A stretch of DNA of 59,713 bases, filler included, from Porpidia crustulata (Eukaryota), in assembly GCA_964255105.1 (NCBI GenBank). It is 7 parts of 7 records of this genome, joined end to end, with 100 filler letters (N's around TTAATTAATTAA, not from the genome) between each part and the next. Parts side by side here need not be neighbours in the genome. Positions count along the whole stretch, not along the records: positions 1 to 8,452 come from CAXUWE010001115.1; positions 8,553 to 17,004 come from CAXUWE010001116.1; 5 more parts are not named here. The stretch is one strand, 5' to 3'. Below, one piece after another: positions 1-13,311 of the stretch. The first letter of the stretch is position 1, and every line of letters begins with the position of its first letter. The position numbers were made by a program, and so were the translations under genes. Under the pieces are notes generated by a model. That model did no database searches, was not told where the DNA came from, and worked only from the letters and a program-made list of their open reading frames with translations.

Positions 1-3000
1 GGATTGGTTTGGCGGTGGTATTTGGAGGAGGGGCGGAAGGTTTGAGGAGGAGGGCTTCGGCTCGCTTGAGGATTTCGCGCTTGCTGACGCCTTTTAGGCG
101 GGGTTTTGGAGCTGGTTCCCGGTTGAGGCGGTTATCTGGGGAGGGCGTGTCGGCAGGAGGGTCATCGGTGTTCATGAGGAGGTGGTCTACACGCATGCGT
201 GCTTTGCTTTCTTCGTCGTTGGATTTGGCGATAAGGTCGGGGACGGTGGTGTGGTAGAGGTGGGACTACGTATCAATAATAAAATATTCGATAGGGGCGG
301 GTTTGATGAGCGTGCCGTTGAGGCGTTTGAGTTCTACCACTTCTCGTAAGAGGCCAAGGTTCTGTGAAGTGGTGGACGAAGAGTGGGACCAGGATTCAAG
401 GCGGTCGGCGTTGATGGAAAAGAGGTCGTGGGGAAGGGTTTTGAAGATGGTTTCGTGGTATTCTTCGGGGATGGAGCCGGCACGGCGGAGCAGCTGGTGT
501 ACGCTGTTAGCACCTTTTTCAAGAAGGTCGGAACGGCGAGATCAAGTTACCTCTAGGTATGTCCGGCATGTATCCGCCCATATTTGTGTATGATGAAAGA
601 AATCGCCAGATCTCTTGCGTATACGCTTCGTCAAAGCTTCTAAGCTGGATCGATCATTCAATTGATAAGAGAGCCGGACAAAAAAGCTGACATATCGACT
701 GGTGTAAACAAAATGTCTGCCTGGGCGTTCATTCTCCGGTTTCCAAACTTGGATTGCCATGGCTTTCGTAAAGATCTGCTGCGTAAGCTCGTGCTTGGCG
801 CCTAAAGCAGACATTGGTTCGTTGGGTGATTCATCGTAGATGGTATGAGCGGCCTATGCTGTTAGTCCTGGCCATATCTTACGCTTTTCAACGCATCACT
901 TACTCTAGCTACCATACGATGATGCCAATTGGCTTTGTCGGCGGATCTAAGCGTCTTGAGCACTTGGATCGTGTACCCCTCCCAATCGTCTAAATCCTGG
1001 ACAGTAGGGACCTTGCGAGCATATCTTGTGGATTGCAGAAATCTGCAACCATCTTCTGCCTAGGATCTTGACTTAGTGATACTCCTTAGCAGGGGGTTCT
1101 AGGGACTAACTTCCAGCCGCCTGGTCTGTACAAGCTTGTGCACTATTGATACGAGCTTGTAGTGCGGTTCGAGTGTCGGATCTTTCTCCGGATGTCTACT
1201 GTCTCGTCGCTCTGGCAGGGTCTCGATAGCTCGCCTGAAAGAATCAATTGGTGATTGGTAGCTGATGCGTCCGGCATTGCCACGTATGTTATCGTCGCAA
1301 TCGTACATCTTCCACAAACATTTACCGAGCATATACCAAAGCCTGAAAAAGATCAATCTTAATTGGTGGAATACATGCGTTGGGATGATATGGACTTACA
1401 TCCAGTCACGCGGCTTGTGAACAAGAGCTTCTTGAAAAAGCACGGAGGCAAGTCTCCAAGTAGCGTAGAGCTCCAAGCCCCGAAAAGGACGGTTCTTATA
1501 CATGCCTACCATCTCACCATTGTAATGCTTACCATAATTCTCTAGACTAAAAGCCCCCATGGAGAATGGCTCTCTCGACGATGAGTAGATCCGCGTGCCA
1601 AAATCGGCATAAAGGTCAGACAGCTTGCTCAAAGTCTCAAATGATGCATCCGCACACCGCTTTGCAACAGCTACGGCCATCGTATAGCAATGTATTACAT
1701 TTCGTTGAAGTATGTTCAAGTCCTCAATGTGATTATTGAGTTTCTCGGCATTCCAAGTAGTATCCTCCTCTATTTTGGCATCGTAAACTTGACCTAGTCT
1801 GTACCAGGTTTCCCATTTCTCCATATTGAACTCGATATCTTGCCTGAAAAATGCACTTGCATTGTCTAGATCGTCAACAGGACCTTGGCTGGTTCGTTTC
1901 TGTAGGCGATACTTTGCAAGAGCAATATGGCCTTGTAAGAAAAACCATCCTTTATCTGCAATGAAAGAATCTTCATTACGGACAGGTGTCCCAGACAGAT
2001 CTCCAATACCCCTCAAGGCACGATATATGAAAACGGGGTTGATGGGTGCTCTTAGGTATTTATTGAAAAGGTGTCTGTTGAATTTCATGGGGCTCGTCTC
2101 TCTACGGCCATTAAGGGCGTGATGCATCTTTTCGATGGCAAATCTTAGATCACTCTTCATCAAATCTTTTATATTGATCCTGTTAGCTTGTATCATGACA
2201 AAATCCATGATGTCGATAGCGGTATGACGACTAAGCGGCTCAGCAGGGGACCCGTGATCTTGAGATCCCAAGTAAGTTGGACATATCTTTAAACCGTATA
2301 TGTCGCACAGTACTTGACTTAAATCCATTTCCCAATCTTCTAGCGGCTGCAATCGATGAAGCTCGGCCTTCATTAACCGCAGGAAAATCTTATTCGACTC
2401 TTTACAGTAACACCGCAGACCAAGAGCGTGATGTACTATCTTCAGATAGTCGGCTAAGTCCTCATTTGGCGTCTCGAATATTTCTGGAGCTTGCGTCACT
2501 GCTTCCTTTAGTAGCACGTATTGCAATGTCCAGGTTCGAACTAGCATGTTGCGTAACCTTTGCTTTGAGTGCGAGTAGGCAGTTGCAGCAGGACTACTTA
2601 TTTGACTTGGTGGTAGGGTTTGAGATATACGAACGGAATCTTCCCATAGAGCGAAGACATGGAGTATCCGTTGAAGTGCAGCTAGTGCTTCTATAGACGC
2701 TTGGAGGTGGTCTCGGTCCACACACTCAAATGCTAAAGGGTCATTCAAGCCACTTGTCAATATTCTCGCAACGAGATCATCCATGATTCGTAGCCAGCGT
2801 AGAAGACTGTCTCTACGGATTTCTATCGTACAATCGGTGTACGCAGCAGAGCGGAAGTACTCCATAATCAACTCGAGGCAGCGAAGATCACAAGAAAGTA
2901 TTTGAGGCGTGTAATTAATTGCTTCGTAAGCCCGACCCAGCTTTCGCCAAAGGAACAGTTTCAATGTAATAGTTGCCTTATCCAGAAATTGTAGCATCTG

Positions 3001-5942
3001 GTTGAGCTTCTGGTCTAGGACAGTCCCAGAGCTTGAAGTCTCGTCTTGTTCATCTCCATTCCTCTTTTCGGCATTTTCGACCGACAATGAACCATCTTGC
3101 AGCGTCGCTGATTGTCGCACAAGGGATTTCTCGAGCATGGGTTCCAAACTTTCGATGATGGTAAGGGGGTCATTGTTTCCAGGATAGAAAATATTCAAGA
3201 AGAAGTCCATCGTAGTCAGCCAAGAGACTTCCCTCTCGACAGCGTCAATCGATATTTCTGGGATTATCGCATTGTTAGGCAAGTCTATGACTGGAGAACC
3301 GGCAGCTTCGAGGATACATTTAAGATCCTCGAAACATAGCAGGATATGGTCCCGGGATGATGGATCAATAAGATTAATATGCACGACGGAAGACCACAGG
3401 AATCGAATTGAAAGGAGATCAAGAATCGTGGGTTCAGACTCCAATAATGGCCTTTTGCTGTAAGCATCACGGGCTAATCCAGCCCACCTTCCAAGACGAT
3501 CAAGCTGCAGCGTTCGCGTGGCGAGATCGACTTCGCTGCTAGGATTCGTGATTCGTCCGTAAATGTCAAGGTGAAGCTCAAAAATACTTTGTATTACACA
3601 AGTTACAGTGTTGTCAAAAGTTATAAAATCGGATGCAGAAAGTCCATCTTTCGAGCCAAGGAATAGGTCGTCTAGATCTATGATTCGTTTGGAGAAACTT
3701 GCGAAGAGGAATTCATCTTGTTTCACCAGTATTTGCACAACAGTCTCCTTGAGTATGTCAGGCCACAGAAAACTTGTATAGGCTGAGCTATCTTTATCAG
3801 AACCTCCATGATGCTCGAGGTCACCAGAGCTAGTACGTAAGAGTTCTTCGATCCACATCAGAGAAACCTGGTCGAGATGCGCCCAGCATTCATTTACTTT
3901 CTTTGAGAAGTCTTCTAGTCCGAAACCGCCCGCTAACTGGGTTCGCTGTGATGCATGTTGGGGACCTCGTTTGGAATGCTCGAGAAATATAGCGAGACCA
4001 GAGTCGCTTCCACCATCAGCCCCTCCTAATAGATCATTAAGACTAGCTCTCTGCAGGAAGATATCGCTTGCCGCGAGGTCCCAGGAGCAGATCAGGCTCC
4101 TAAAGTCCTGCGCGACAACATCACTTGATCTATTTGAATGGTCTATGTGGCCACGTTCTTCGCTCGAGCGCGCCATCGAGATAGTTCTTTTAAGCTCTAC
4201 TAACGATCCAAGAGACTGGGCATCAAGCGTTGATAGAAAGGTTCCAGATCGCTCAAACATCCAGTGATCAGCTTGCGTATAGTTCCGTAGCTGTTCTTCG
4301 TAGAATGATGTCAGATCTTCTTGCGTTACTTCCTGACTATTTGGTTCTGCGATAGATATCCTAGCTTTTATTCGCTTGCTCCTCGAGCGCCCGGAATCAA
4401 CGGGCTCCTGTATTCCGGCAACCTCGGAGGATCTTTTGCGTGTCGGTAGAGAGATCGTATTACCGCCACTCAGCGTATTAGTTTCTTTGGTAAGGTCGCC
4501 ATCCATATTTTTGCCCTCGTCGAGAACGATATTTTTGACTTTATCCGACGCATTTGGCTTGTGAAAATCTGCACTTGAGGGTTCTAGTCCTTGAAGGTGT
4601 TCAGTGCGTACCACGGATAAGCTCGACGTCCCATCGTTTTGGCTCCGCTTGGGCTTCAGATTGTCGGGGGATAGCAATTCTGCATTGGCATCATCTAATA
4701 CAACCGTACTCTTGGCCGCCACTATTCCTGTGCCATTGCGCAAGTGAGCCGTTTTTGAACCTGATAAAGCATTGCCTGCGGTGACTTTCTCTGGTCCTTT
4801 GGCGGTCACAGGCTCGGAGCCTTGTAGCTGATTTGCCGGTAGGACAATGATGTGACTGACTCCAGGCTCTGGAACAGCAACGCCTTGAGCTATTTTGCTT
4901 AATTCGAGAAGAATGGCTTTACCGCAGCTAGCCCACGTTGGCAATTGTAGAACGATTTCTCGCTTCTTGGGGGCTGAAGCTAGTACTGTTGCCCCAAGGC
5001 TTCTTGCTGATGGATTTTGTGACGATACCGGAAGGTATGGGCAAGGGTCCAGATATTTCCTTAACGATTTGCTGATAGCTTTTGGTCTAACCATCTGTAC
5101 TGATAATTGGGCTTCTGACACATGGTCGCGCAAATCATGTATTAAGTCTTTAAGTTGCTCGATCGTGAAGCTCTCTTCCAACCCTAGAGGTTCTTCCCAC
5201 CCATCTGGAATGCTTCTATTGCCATCGAGTACAGCCTCGAGGCAAAATCTCTCAATTCGCTTACTGCCCAGAAATCCACCGAGCTTGGATATCTGCCGCC
5301 ATAAATCTAGATCAGTGTCATCTCTATCGAGTGCTTCCGTGAAGAAGTCAAGGCTAGAAGACACAGTCTTTTCTATGTGCTTCAAGTCTTCGAGATTGTG
5401 AGAGCCTCTTGAGTCGTACAATTGCTGAGATTGGAGAATCTGATTTTTCAGCCGATCCAAAATAAACTGCCCATGGTTCTTGTACGAAAGATAAAGGATT
5501 TGAGGTAGCGTACTAGGGGCTCCGTCTACACCTACTGCGGATGATACAGAAGCACCGGTTGCAGTATTTTCGTGCCCATTATCAACGACATCGGGAAAGC
5601 CGTAGATTTGAAGACGCCGAGATTCCGATAATGATTCTAGATAGGTAAAAATTTCGGATTGAAACAAGGCACTGTAAGCGATCTCTGCTTCATCGTAGTA
5701 ATCAGATCCTTGCGAATGCAGCTTTAGCGCATTCTGATAAAGCTTCAGAGCTTCTTCGATCTGGTCAATCATTAGAATCAGCGTAACATGGGTTTCGAGA
5801 GAACCTAGCATGTTACTTGAATCTCTTTGCTATCATCAATCTCGTCCTCACTATCATCCTCGGGCTCGATGTTAAGCGCAACAAAACTGGTCTAGCGCAA
5901 AGTCAGTCAGAGCCATCCAACTGATGTGCTAAGACCCACCAT
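1..5942 (-). CDS. HIR3: Histone transcription regulator 3 (HIR complex, CABIN1 homologue), multi-exon, 3'-truncated at the window start
   Basis: ATG at 5942-5940 is followed by a GTGGGT intron. The spliced N-terminus reads MTSFVALNIEPEDDSEDEIDDSKEIQ|IEEALKLYQNALKLHSQG. The main exon lies in the 1396..5811 ORF (TPR-like WETWYRLGQVYD), and later exons include LEPHYKLVSIVHKLV and RPGRHFVYTSRYV. The last exon has an in-frame TAG at 268-266. Confidence 0.92.
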
Positions 5943-6457
5943 ACTTGCTTATCCGTCGAGAGATGCCAAAGTAGTATTTGATTTTGGGGATGATTCCATC
6001 AGCTCACCCAACACCTGTGAATTTAATTATCATGTCAGATCAGACATGTTGAAGAAGCTTTCAGAAACGATGGATTGGAAGATAAAGGAGGTTTGCGCCT
6101 GCGCTTTGAAAATCATATGGAATTTAGTAGTATCTAGACCACTTTAGTTCCCAAATTGGAAAGATGTCAACATAACGGGTCGCTTCGTTAGTCGCCCAGT
6201 AACTTTAATTTGACGCCAAACGTCAGCCCTGTAGCTTCCAATTTCAGTTCGCGTGTCTCTGCATTAGGGTAGATAAAAGGGAGCTTAGTTGGGTGAAGCT
6301 ATCATCACTCATCTGCAATCTAATAAGTGATCCGGACATACCGTCTCTGTTGTCTTTATGCCGCTGCCAAGGGACAATCAATTGGCATAAGCGGAGAACC
6401 CAGATCCCAACCATTGGGGCAAGTCACTCATAAGGGCTCCGCCTTGCACAACGCGCA
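5943..6457. promoter_or_regulatory. Divergent (bidirectional) promoter region between HIR3 and the ChAPs gene
   Basis: 515 bp between head-to-head start codons at 5942 (-) and 6458 (+). Confidence 0.6.
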
Positions 6458-8452
6458 ATGGTTGCGCCAGCTATCCCTGAGTAAGTGAGTGATCTTTTCT
6501 CATATGACTCTCTCGAGCTATGATCGGCGAAAGTGGGATGAGAAGATAGAATGCTCAATCTATCTCGGCAATACCAGAAGTACCACACAGTAGCCTCCAT
6601 GGCATGGTGCAAAGTCCGGCGACTGAGATGAGAATCATGCCGTCCAGACTAGCACGACGCTTCACAAAGCTGTCGTAGATTGCTTCACTTGCTGCGGCTA
6701 TATTTCTGTCCTTTCGGTACAGTATCCGATAGTAGCAAGTTCAAGGGCTAATCGTACTTGCTATAGGATTGTTGAAGAGGAAATCGAATCGTCCATTGAA
6801 AGTCGCAATGAAGCTTTACAGTCTTTACGCGAATTGGGTCCTCCGGATCTAGTACATTTGGTTAAGCAATCAGTCAGGTCTGGAGGTCGTCAGGTATGTT
6901 TCGATGGGAGCAATAGTCGGGAAACGATGGAGGCTGATGTATCTCTTTAGATCGGCGTATATCATCATGTCACTGGTGTAGATGCGTCTTCTTCAGCCAG
7001 CTTGGCTGCCTATGTTAATACCCTCATATACACGCCTAACGATAAATCCCATAAGATCGTGTCCGGACTATACTGGTATGTGTTGGACCGAACACTGGTG
7101 GCTATCAAGGGTAATGATTCGTAGCTGTTACAATGCATTCTCACGGCTGGATATGCGCGTCGATGTCAAGATTCCTGGGGGTGTAGAGAGTTATTGCATC
7201 GATGAGCGAGGAGACAAACGGGTGGCTTCAGAAAGTCTCTGGCTAGAAACATTTCTTTGCAGCGTATTAAGGGCATATTCTTATGCGGATGACGGAACTG
7301 GAGACAGTATAAAGAAAATCATCGGCGTCCGAAGATTTGATCCCATCACAAGTACGGAAGTGGAGCATAAGTTCCTGGACGCTGCTGAGCGACTCTTTTT
7401 CAAAGGTATGACATTTCAGACATCTGACTGATCCGATCGCTAATTCATGCACAGGGTGGCAACTGGGCTCAGAACCTGAGATTCAGGTACCGAACGTGGT
7501 TTCCAATCACCTCACCACTGGACTTCTTGATTACATTCACACTACTGGTCGATACGCGTCTGGCATAAATCTGTTTGAGAAACTCCGCACTCGAGACACC
7601 GAAATATCTTCTCTTCTGGCCCTGGTGTTGATTGCCGCTGATGAAGAGGTACAGGCTGTTAAACTACTTCATGACGCCGTTGAGGAATTACCAATGGATT
7701 ACTCCCTTCTTCGCTGCCAAGCGACATTCTGCCAAAGTAAAGGTCGCCTGGACTGGGCTTTAGACTGTGCAAAGCGTAGTGTGACTGCCGCTCCTAGCGA
7801 ATTCGGTACATGGGCAAAGCTAGCTGAGATTTATGTCGGTCTTGAGCAATGGGATCTTGCCTTACTAACGTTGAACTCCTGCCCTATGTTTACATACCAA
7901 GATAAAGACTCACCCAGAATGCCTGAGCCCGCTCGCGTGCTTCTTCCGGTTCTGCCGGAAAGCATGTTAGACGAGATCAACGAACCATCAGATGCTTATG
8001 ATGGGGAATTGGTTCATCCTTCGTTACGAAAGCTGCACGCCGCGGGCTACAAAGGTACTTTTCTCAAAGCTTACAGTCTCCTCACGGAGGTTACTGCCAA
8101 GATTGGTTGGGATCAGCTACTTCGAATACGAAGCCAAGTATTCGTTATGGAAGAAGAGTATAGAAGTGAGAAGCAGACAGTTACTAGTCAGCAACCTGCA
8201 AATAGCCATAATGCAAGCACAACAGCGTTAAGAGGTTCTCCTAGCCCTAGGATAAACGGCGAAGCCGGAGATCAGTCCAGGAGTGGCGACGCGACCGAAG
8301 AGACTCACAACGAGCCGTCCTCACCCTCAGCAACTCTTGTCGCCGAAGAAGCCACCAATGGGGATACCAGCGAACCCGCAAAATCTTCAGTCGATGACTC
8401 GATTGAGAAACCCGAACATACCATAACCTCCGAAGTTGTCAAATCCGGTAAC
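6458..8452 (+). CDS. ChAPs family (Chs5p-Arf1p-binding, exomer cargo adaptor; Bud7/Bch1-like), multi-exon, 3'-truncated
   Basis: Spliced reading MVAPAIPE|IVEEE...LRELGPPDLVHLVK..|IGVYHHVTGVDASSSASLAAYVN..|YNAFSRLDMRV..LWLETFLCSVLRA..|GWQLGSEPEIQVPNVVSNHL..ALLTLNSCPMFTYQDKD..IGWDQLLRIRSQVFVMEEEYR, all typical ChAPs motifs. Introns are canonical; the first spans 6481-6766. Confidence 0.9.
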
Positions 8453-8552
8453 NNNNNNNNNNNNNNNNNNNNNNNNNNNNNNNNNNNNNNNNNNNNTTAA
8501 TTAATTAANNNNNNNNNNNNNNNNNNNNNNNNNNNNNNNNNNNNNNNNNNNN
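8453..8552. other. Artificial contig spacer N44-TTAATTAATTAA-N44
   Basis: 100 bp with a six-frame stop linker; identical copies occur at five other positions. Confidence 0.99.
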
Positions 8553-10653
8553 CCCCTTCTCCCTTCCTCTATCCTGCACCTCACCGCTCAGCCTTTCCGC
8601 TATCTCCATTATCATCATTATCAAACTCTAAGCTCATGATTTTTGACTGATCTATGTATGCAGCGCAAGAGATTTATATAATGAGTTAATTGGTTGGTAT
8701 TTGAGGGGGGCTTTTGATATAGATGGATGGATGGAGGGAGGAAGGAGGGTGGTGCTTTGATAGCTGGGGAATTGAAGGTGGATTGAGGTTCTGCTTAAAT
8801 GGAGAAGGGCAGCAAGGGTTCTGGGATAGGGAACTGATATGAGGATATACCTAAACCGAAGCGTGCGGCGATGGAAGTCATGGGGGTGGTGAAAAGTTTT
8901 GGAAGTAGAAAATATGTTAGGGAGGGTTACGTCCATGAATGTTTGCCTGTATAGTTTACATCTGTCTGGATTTTCTTGAGATCTGGAAGATGGATTGATT
9001 TACAACGGCTTTGGAGTTATTTTAGATAGGTTCCTTGAGAATATCTACGCTCCTTGAACACTTCGTTTATTTCTTGTCCCTCTTCATTTTGATCTGTTCT
9101 TCTCTCCTTTTCCTTTGAACTAAAACAATCTATTGGCACCTTTACTTAAGATAAATATGAACTAAATCAATTATGAATTGCCGAGACGCGGGTTGTATCT
9201 GAGAACGCGAGGTGGTCCCAATATCATTCAAAAAAAGATTCATTTGGATTTATGACACCTGAATAGTAATTATCTAACGGTATTGAATGATATATCACCA
9301 GGAATACAACTGACTTCTCAATCTTTCGGAGGAACTTAGCTGATTTATTTATTTTAGCTCAACCATACGCCAATGGCTTCTTTGAATAAATGCTACCGTG
9401 CTTGAAGAAATCAAGGACCATAATGGACTTTGCATCTGAAACGGAAAGATCACTGAAGGCATCCACTACCATGAGAGGAAAAATAATAGCCACTTGCATG
9501 AGCAATTGTAAACGTAAAGATGAGAATTGCTATCCCTGACTCGTATCGTATGTCAGGTGTATCCGCTATCGAACGCAGAGCTTGGAGATGGATTACTTCA
9601 TGGCGCTCAGAAGATCAAATGGAGATCCATGAAGATCTTGGAAGACCTTTGTTAGGTGTTGAAAAAAGAGATCCATTCTTACAGCCGAGCCCGATGATCA
9701 CGCCAATAATGTGAGCTCAAAAGAGTACATCGTGAGAACGTACCGTCGAGGGTCTACTTGGCATGTGAGCGCCTTCGCGGAACAGAAACGTGCTGAGAGC
9801 AGCTTCGAAGCCTGGCAATTGCAATTGTGAACATCAAATTCAACCATTTTCTCACGATCCTTGGGGCAATAGGTGAGCAGAGCTCAAGCAAGGTGCGTTT
9901 CGACACTTGCAGGAAAACTCTGGCAAAAGCACACGTTGGCAGCGTAGGAGCGGAGTTCGTAAAGGCAATGAAGAAATTTTTCAATGCCATCGTACGAAAG
10001 AAGCCTACATCAAAGTCTGACAAAGCGCAATAACAGATAGTCGTGAAATTTACCAAGCATTGGCTTCAGGGACATATTTTATCAAGGCGAATGGCAGACG
10101 CAAAAGAAAGAGGGACTTCGCAAAAGCGTAGTTGGTAACTACAACATCACCGCCTCATTCCGAGCACGCTGTTTACCACTCAAGTATATTCTCATGAGCC
10201 TCGAAGAAGAGATGCCTACGACCTCATCACCGAAAAAGGTCACGGATTGGAACCTTCCACATAGTCATAGCCTTCTCGAGGCGGGTTGAAATGGCGCCAA
10301 GTCGCAAAGGAAGCGCTGGCGCCCATCTTGCCTGAGTTGTACACTACACGAAGTATCATGAGGTTCTCTCAGAAGTTCTAATCTTTTGCACGTTTGGCAT
10401 CTGGCTGCATGCCATCTGCACCTGTGTCACCTCACCTCACAATAAGTGGCCCCCACACCCACAGACGCGATGGAGTACCATTGCGAAAACACACTCGGAT
10501 CCTTCGACTCACCGTGCTCCATCAACACCCTCATAACCTTATTACCTGTCTCTTTCTCCAGCCAAAAAGCTCAAAGCCATCGTTTCCATACTCTCCGACG
10601 TGAAACCACCACCCATTCATAACCACAAACCCAAGCAGGTCAAACCCGCCACA

Positions 10654-11299
10654 ATGCCCATCCACCTAAGGCCCCCGTGGAATGTCCTCTACATACTCAC
10701 CGTGTATGTTGTGCTCATGATAGTCTTTACCTGGGTCATCGCCCTCGCGAACCGCAGCCACTTCGGCTACGCCACGGCCAACGCCCCTCTCGAGCACTGC
10801 ACCAGAACCAAAGCAGGCTACGTAACGCGCGCATTCACAGGGTAAGTCCTTTACCACACTCCCAGCACACCGTTTCCCCCTCCAAAAGCTCACAGCATGA
10901 TAAATGATGAACCCTCGCAGCACCCTCATCTTCTTCACCNNNNNNNNNNGCTTCCGCCACCCCTCTCTGGATATCATCACCACCCTTCTCCCCCTCGGCT
11001 TATTCGCCCTCTTCTGGCTCGAAATCTGGATCGGCTGCGAAGTCGAGGGCCCTTTCTATGCCGAGCCGATGCCGACGTTCTGTTCGCAGTGGTACCAGAG
11101 CGATTTAGGCAAGAAGCAGATATCGGATCTCAGCTGGGCGAAGATCGCGGTCGGATGCCTGGTGGTTGCGGCCGAGACGATGTATATTGGGCTGCACGCG
11201 TGGGAGATTTTGTGGAGGAGGTGGGAGGAGAGGCGGGGGGTGCAGCTGGATGAGAAGGACGGATCGGAGGGCGAGCTGGGTCCAGTGTCGAAAGCTTGA
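10654..11299 (+). CDS. Small hypothetical multi-pass membrane protein (2 exons)
   Basis: ATG at 10654. Intron 10842-10920 (GTAAGT...GCAG) joins the 10600 and 10904 ORFs in frame (GG|C). About four hydrophobic segments, C-rich codon usage, and a 10-N gap at 10940-10949. Confidence 0.7.
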
Positions 11300-12345
11300 T
11301 GGAAAGATCCAACGGTTTTCCCAAGGTCGCGGGTGAGATGTCGCCGTTCCCCCACCGGTCATTTTAAAATTGAGACGAACAACGTCGTCACGTATGAACG
11401 AACCTCGGGCTAACCGCGCTCACCCTCATCACCGCGTCGGCCACCATATCCCAATCCCAAGGTCCAAGTTCATGGACTCGGCGACGTTCCATAGGTTGCA
11501 AGACATAGCGAAGCGCCACGCTATAGCGAATCGGACGTCAAGATTTCAGGACACCCACAATAACCGCAATCGCGATAGTAATTTTTTACTATCAAACCCA
11601 ATAACGGAATGTATCTCTATGTTTCCCAGACAGGTAATTCCGTGCAAGCGAGACGTGACGCAGCGAGTCGTCATGATATAACATTACAATCATCACACTC
11701 AATCTCAAATCCACAAGACGCACAACCCACTAAAATCGCAATTCCAACCATCAACATGTGACCCATAACCATATCGCTATCTGATCAACAAAGTACGCTA
11801 TCACGTGCGTATGAGACATTCCTGTCAAACAAGCCAGAAATAGAGAGGTAGAGGATATTGAAAAACCGTAACAACAATCAGCCGTAAAAGCCTTTTCGGT
11901 CAAGATGATACAACCCGTATTTTCTGAAAATCTCCATTGTTCGATCGCATCATTACCATTCCCGATTTGCGTTCGAAATCTGTTACAGCAAGTTGCGCGG
12001 ATTTCAATTTCTATCATGAATAGACAGAGCGAATTTTTATCCTATCATTGACGGAGACGTTGAAGCTTGTTGAGAGATGGCGTCACGAAGAAAAGTAATG
12101 CTAAGTCTTTTTAAGGGGAGAATTCGTGCATGTAGCGCGTGGTATTACGTGGAGATTGTCAATGAAACATGCGGTAAGTAATTATTTTCATTAAGATATG
12201 CTTCGACATTTTGATTACCACCACCTCCTCCATCACCAACATCCCATCATATCAATATATACATTCAAACGTAAACTCCACGCTGCAGTTTCTCATATCA
12301 TCATCCTCTCCAATTCCCACACCCACTTCAGCCATCCCCATCTCT

Positions 12346-13311
12346 CTAGGAGCACTTGGCATGAGGCTTGCTGGGCACCATACCCTTGGGGTACACCTCA
12401 AGCAACGCCGGCCCGGCAATGATATTCTCGTCCGAGAAATCGGTGCACGACTTGGACAGCACGACGTACGACTGGCCCTGGACGCCGGCGGGGATTTTGT
12501 CGATCTTGTAATCGCTGTTGCCCTGGGTGATGCGGACTTGGACATAGGGCTTCTTGAGGCCGGAGAAGAAAACAGCGTAAATGGGGGTGTCCTTGGTGAT
12601 GCCCATCTTCTCGGCAGCGGCAAACGCGCCCGAGAAGGTGACCGAGGAGCGGTCGGCCTCGTAGTAGTATTGGGTGCATTGTAGGGTCAACTTGGGGAAC
12701 GCCATGAAGGGAAGCTTGACGGGGCTAGTTCCACCGACGATGAACATGGCCGCCATGGAGTAGACTTCGTTGAAATCCAAGGGAGTGTCAAATGGGTTGG
12801 GGAATGGGACTTCGCCGAGCTCGGCGCGAATGTATGAGGTGTGGCGGGCTTCAATGGTAAGGATCGCGCCTGCTGCAGTGAGATAGCCCTTGTCCATAAT
12901 GGAGGCAGCTGCTCCCAAATATGCCGAAACACCGACACCCTCGAGAATGCTCGACAGCGTGATGAAGGAGTTGACATCTGTGATGCCAAAGTTGTACTGA
13001 AGCTCGACGGTTGGCGTGATCTTCGCGTAAGTGAGCGCGTCGACCAAAAAGCTGACGTGGGTTTGCTCGTCAAAGTAGATTTCCTTGAGATTGGAGTAGA
13101 ATGGATCAGGGTAGCCGGCGGCGATAAATTCAGCTTGAGTGAATTTGGCGAGGGCTTCTTGGTAGAATTTGCGCTCTAAGAACTCGAGGGTTAAGGCGTA
13201 GTTTAGAATGATGCCGTCGTCGACCTTGGGGGTCATGACGCGCTTGGCAAGGGGAGAAGCAAAGCTCATCCCCAGAGCCAAAGAGGCTGTGATAGCAGTA
13301 GAGAAACGCAT
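12346..13311 (-). CDS. Secreted ferritin-like (Ferritin_2) Rds1-type stress protein
   Basis: Signal peptide plus KR; motifs ILNYALTLEFLE, DEQTH, LEGVGVSAYLGAA, ILTIEARH, PFDTPLDFNEVYS; intronless with strong codon bias. Confidence 0.88.
   Translation of the reverse strand: MRFSTAITASLALGMSFASPLAKRVMTPKVDDGIILNYALTLEFLERKFYQEALAKFTQAEFIAAGYPDPFYSNLKEIYFDEQTHVSFLVDALTYAKITPTVELQYNFGITDVNSFITLSSILEGVGVSAYLGAAASIMDKGYLTAAGAILTIEARHTSYIRAELGEVPFPNPFDTPLDFNEVYSMAAMFIVGGTSPVKLPFMAFPKLTLQCTQYYYEADRSSVTFSGAFAAAEKMGITKDTPIYAVFFSGLKKPYVQVRITQGNSDYKIDKIPAGVQGQSYVVLSKSCTDFSDENIIAGPALLEVYPKGMVPSKPHAKCS

Noticed and set aside
10842..10920. ATGATGA (box C-like) in the membrane-protein intron
   Set aside because: It lies next to the acceptor of a 79-nt intron with no downstream CTGA box D.
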